Positions 61,525 to 64,000 of a stretch of DNA of 64,000 nt are shown in pieces (the stretch's first letter is position 1; each line of letters begins with the position of its first letter). The stretch comes from an uncultured Bacteroidales bacterium. Lineage in GTDB: Bacteria > Bacteroidota > Bacteroidia > Bacteroidales > UBA10428. The notes under the pieces are model-generated. The model worked only from the letters and a program-made list of their open reading frames with translations, did no database searches and had not been told where the DNA came from. The stretch is from positions 133,793 to 197,792 of the forward strand of contig CAWBNI010000015.1 of assembly GCA_963790105.1 (NCBI GenBank). Direction: 5' to 3'. Made by a program: the position numbers and the translations under genes.

Positions 61525-63802
61525 TTATTTTTTGTTTGAAAAGGAATACGGAGGAACAGACAACACTTGTTTTTGTGGCGAATCAACCATATTAAAATCG
61601 ATTACCGCCCCTTTCATCAGTTCAAAATGGTCAAGCCACGTACCCGACCATACGTTACCGTTGAGCGAAACAGATTTTACATACCTGTTTTCCCCGCTGT
61701 TCTGAGGAGCATTAATGACAATTTTATTTCCATTTTCCAGCAACAGGGTGATCTTTTTGAATAGAGGCGCTCCAATAACGTACTGACTGGTGCCTGGACA
61801 AACCGGGTAAAAGCCCATGGCAGAAAAGACATACCATGCGGAAGTCTGCCCGTTGTCCTCATCCCCGCAATATCCGTCAGGAGCCGGAGTATAGAGACGG
61901 TTCATGATTTCACGCACCCAATACTGCGTTTTATAGGATTCCCCGGCATAATTGTACAGATATACCATATGCTGAATAGGCTGATTGCCATGAGCGTAAT
62001 TTCCCATATTCATGATCTGCATCTCCCTGATTTCATGAATTGGAAATCCATAATAACTGTCATCAAATACCGGTGGAACCACGAATACGGAATCGAGCAT
62101 GGCAACAAATTGCTTTTCTCCTCCCATCAGGCCAATTAAACCCTGGATATCATGAAATACCGACCAGGTATAATGCCAGCTGTTGCCTTCCGTAAAGGCA
62201 TCACCCCATTTGAAGGGGCTGAAAGGAGCCTGGAATGACCCATCCAGGTTTCTTCCCCTCATTAGTTTTGTGGAGGGATCATAAACATTCCGGTAATTCT
62301 GACAGCGCGACAGCAAATTTGTCGATCTCCGCAGCAGGTCTGCCAAGGGCTTTGGCCAGCTGCATAATGGTAAAATCATCGTAAGCATATTCCAGCGTCC
62401 GGGCCACATTTTCATTCACTTTCACATCGTAAGGAATATACCCTTTCTCATTATAGTATTTCACTCCCTTACGCCCCACAGAACTCAGCGGACCTTCATT
62501 TTCCGAGTTTTTAAGGATGGCCTTATATAAGGTATCAATATTATAACCTCGCAGACCCTTCAAATATGCATCGGCTATTATGGATGCCGAATTGGAACCA
62601 ATCATGCAGTCGCGGTGGCCCGGGCTTGCCCATTCAGGCAGCCATCCGCTTTCAAGATATGCATTCACAAGACCTTCCTGGATATGTGTATTCAGTTCCT
62701 GTTCCATCAGGTTAAACAAAGGGAATGCTGCCCTGAATGTATCCCAGAAGCCATTATCCGTAAATAGATAACCGGGAAGCACCTTGCCATTATATGGACT
62801 ATAATGCACTATTTTTCCTGCCGCATCTATTTCATAAAATTTACGGGGAAACAGCATGGTGCGATATAAACAGGAATAAAAAGTACGCTGCTGATCGGTA
62901 GTTCCTCCCTCAATCGCAATCCTCCCAAGCTGTCTGTTCCAAATGTCCTTTGCCTCGCGTTTGATGGTCTCGAAATCCTTTCCTCCGATTTCCTTCAGGT
63001 TTAACAATGCCTGCTCCTGGCTTATAAATGAGGAAGCAACTATAGCATGTACCTGCTCACCTTTGCGGGTGGAAAACTGAACCAGGGCCCCCACGTGCTT
63101 GTCCTTTTTTTCAAGAACCTTTGAATCCAGGCTGTTGTTATGCCATACAGACGCTTCCCTGAATGGCTTATCAAAATGAATTACAAAATAGTTTCTGAAA
63201 TTGGCCGGCACTCCGCCACTGTTTTTCGTGGAATAACCAATGATCATATTATCCGAGGGCATAATTTTAATGTAGGATCCCTGATCAAAGGCATCTATTA
63301 ATATACTGGCACTGTCTGTCTCCGGAAAAGTAAAACGGAAGGAGGCCGCTCGTTCGGTAGGCGTTATTTCAACCGAAACATCATAATCGGCCAGGTATAC
63401 CTTATAATAATAAGGCCTCACAGTTTCTGCCTTATGCGAAAACCAGCTTGCCCTGGCCTCCTCGTCTATTTTGGGCTTACCCGTTTCCGGAAAGATTGAA
63501 AACTGTCCGTAATCATTGATCCAGGGACTGGGTTGATGGGTTTGCTTAAAACCCCTTATCTTTTCTGCATTGTAGGTATAAATCCAGCCATCCCCCATCT
63601 TGCCGGTTTGCGGTACCCAAAAGTTCATTCCCCAGGGAAGTGCAATGGCAGGGTAGGTATTCCCGTTTGAAAGGCTGAAAACGGATTGAGAACCCATAAG
63701 CGGATTTACCAAATCAACGGGATTTGAGCCCGGCGCCGGATTTTGCGAAAATAAAATTCCCTGTATCAGGCCAAATGTCAGTATCAAAATACATCTCATC
63801 AT
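61525..63802 (-). pseudogene. GH92-family alpha-mannosidase, one frameshift near 62300-62400
   Basis: Fragments are 62279..63802 (NPLMGSQS...SNGNTYPAIALPWGMNFW, GYIPYD, TLEYAYDDF) and 61525..62415 (GNYAHGNQPIQHMVYLYNYAG, YCGDEDNGQTSAWYVFSAMGFYPV). Confidence 0.9.
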
Positions 63803-64000
63803 AGAAGAATGGTTTGTTGAAATTCCTTTTCTATTTAATCCTCAAGTTACAAAATGTTTGATTATCCCAGTAAAAATAATGGTTTCAGGATATCTATAAT
63901 CTGCATAATGAGGTGAAAAACAGGAATGTTAAAATTATTTAGACTACTTTTAACATAATTATTTATAGTCATTCCAAATAATGGCCCTAATTTTATACAA

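Noticed and set aside
3981-63802. Programmed ribosomal frameshifting, or genome-wide pseudogenisation of a host-restricted bacterium
   Set aside because: There are far too many sites, in unrelated genes, with no shared slippery motif. Large accessory genes (susC, susD, BNR) are intact while core genes are hit. Traced sites are simple homopolymer length changes. True decay cannot be fully excluded without reads.

Overview
This 64-kb chromosomal window has the hallmarks of an aerobic Bacteroidota genome. These include a SusC/SusD pair with ECF-sigma/FecR/STN signalling, T9SS type A and type B C-terminal sorting domains, a caa3-type cytochrome c oxidase, and Fe- and Mn-type SODs. I count 55 protein genes and one tRNA-His(GTG). 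I found no rRNA, CRISPR, transposase or integrase, and no recognisable defence or toxin system. Positions 1-44.4 kb are housekeeping: coaX, a ppiD-like gene, nagB plus a ROK regulator, tdh-kbl, psd-cdsA-ftsH-rsfS, birA, pyrE, coaD, lon, rpmE2, folA-thyA, a patatin/Omp85 protein, two SODs, waaA and sco1-ctaD-ctaE-coxIV-coxII. Positions 44.5-63.8 kb form one minus-strand polysaccharide utilisation locus (PUL). Its genes are GH92, GH127, ECF sigma, anti-sigma, SusC, SusD, a GH43-like lipoprotein, an FG-GAP/T9SS protein, a small T9SS protein, a BNR/sialidase-fold protein, GH43 and a clan GH-A hydrolase. Three things are unusual. (i) 23 of the 55 genes are split by frameshifts. I traced six of these by hand to 1-nt length changes in homopolymer runs, so this is probably an unpolished, indel-prone assembly rather than a decaying genome. 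(ii) Five intergenic loci carry degenerate 7-8-nt tandem arrays that share unit motifs (GTTCTGCA, TCTCACC, TA[C/G]TCCC, AGTCACC/AGTCACT, GTATTCA). Two arrays run right up to a start codon. They resemble cyanobacterial STRR heptamers and are not, to my knowledge, a described Bacteroidota feature. (iii) The PUL mixes lipoprotein enzymes with T9SS cargo and has a GH43-derived protein in the position usually held by surface glycan-binding proteins. All family calls come from reading the translations by eye; no database search was possible.
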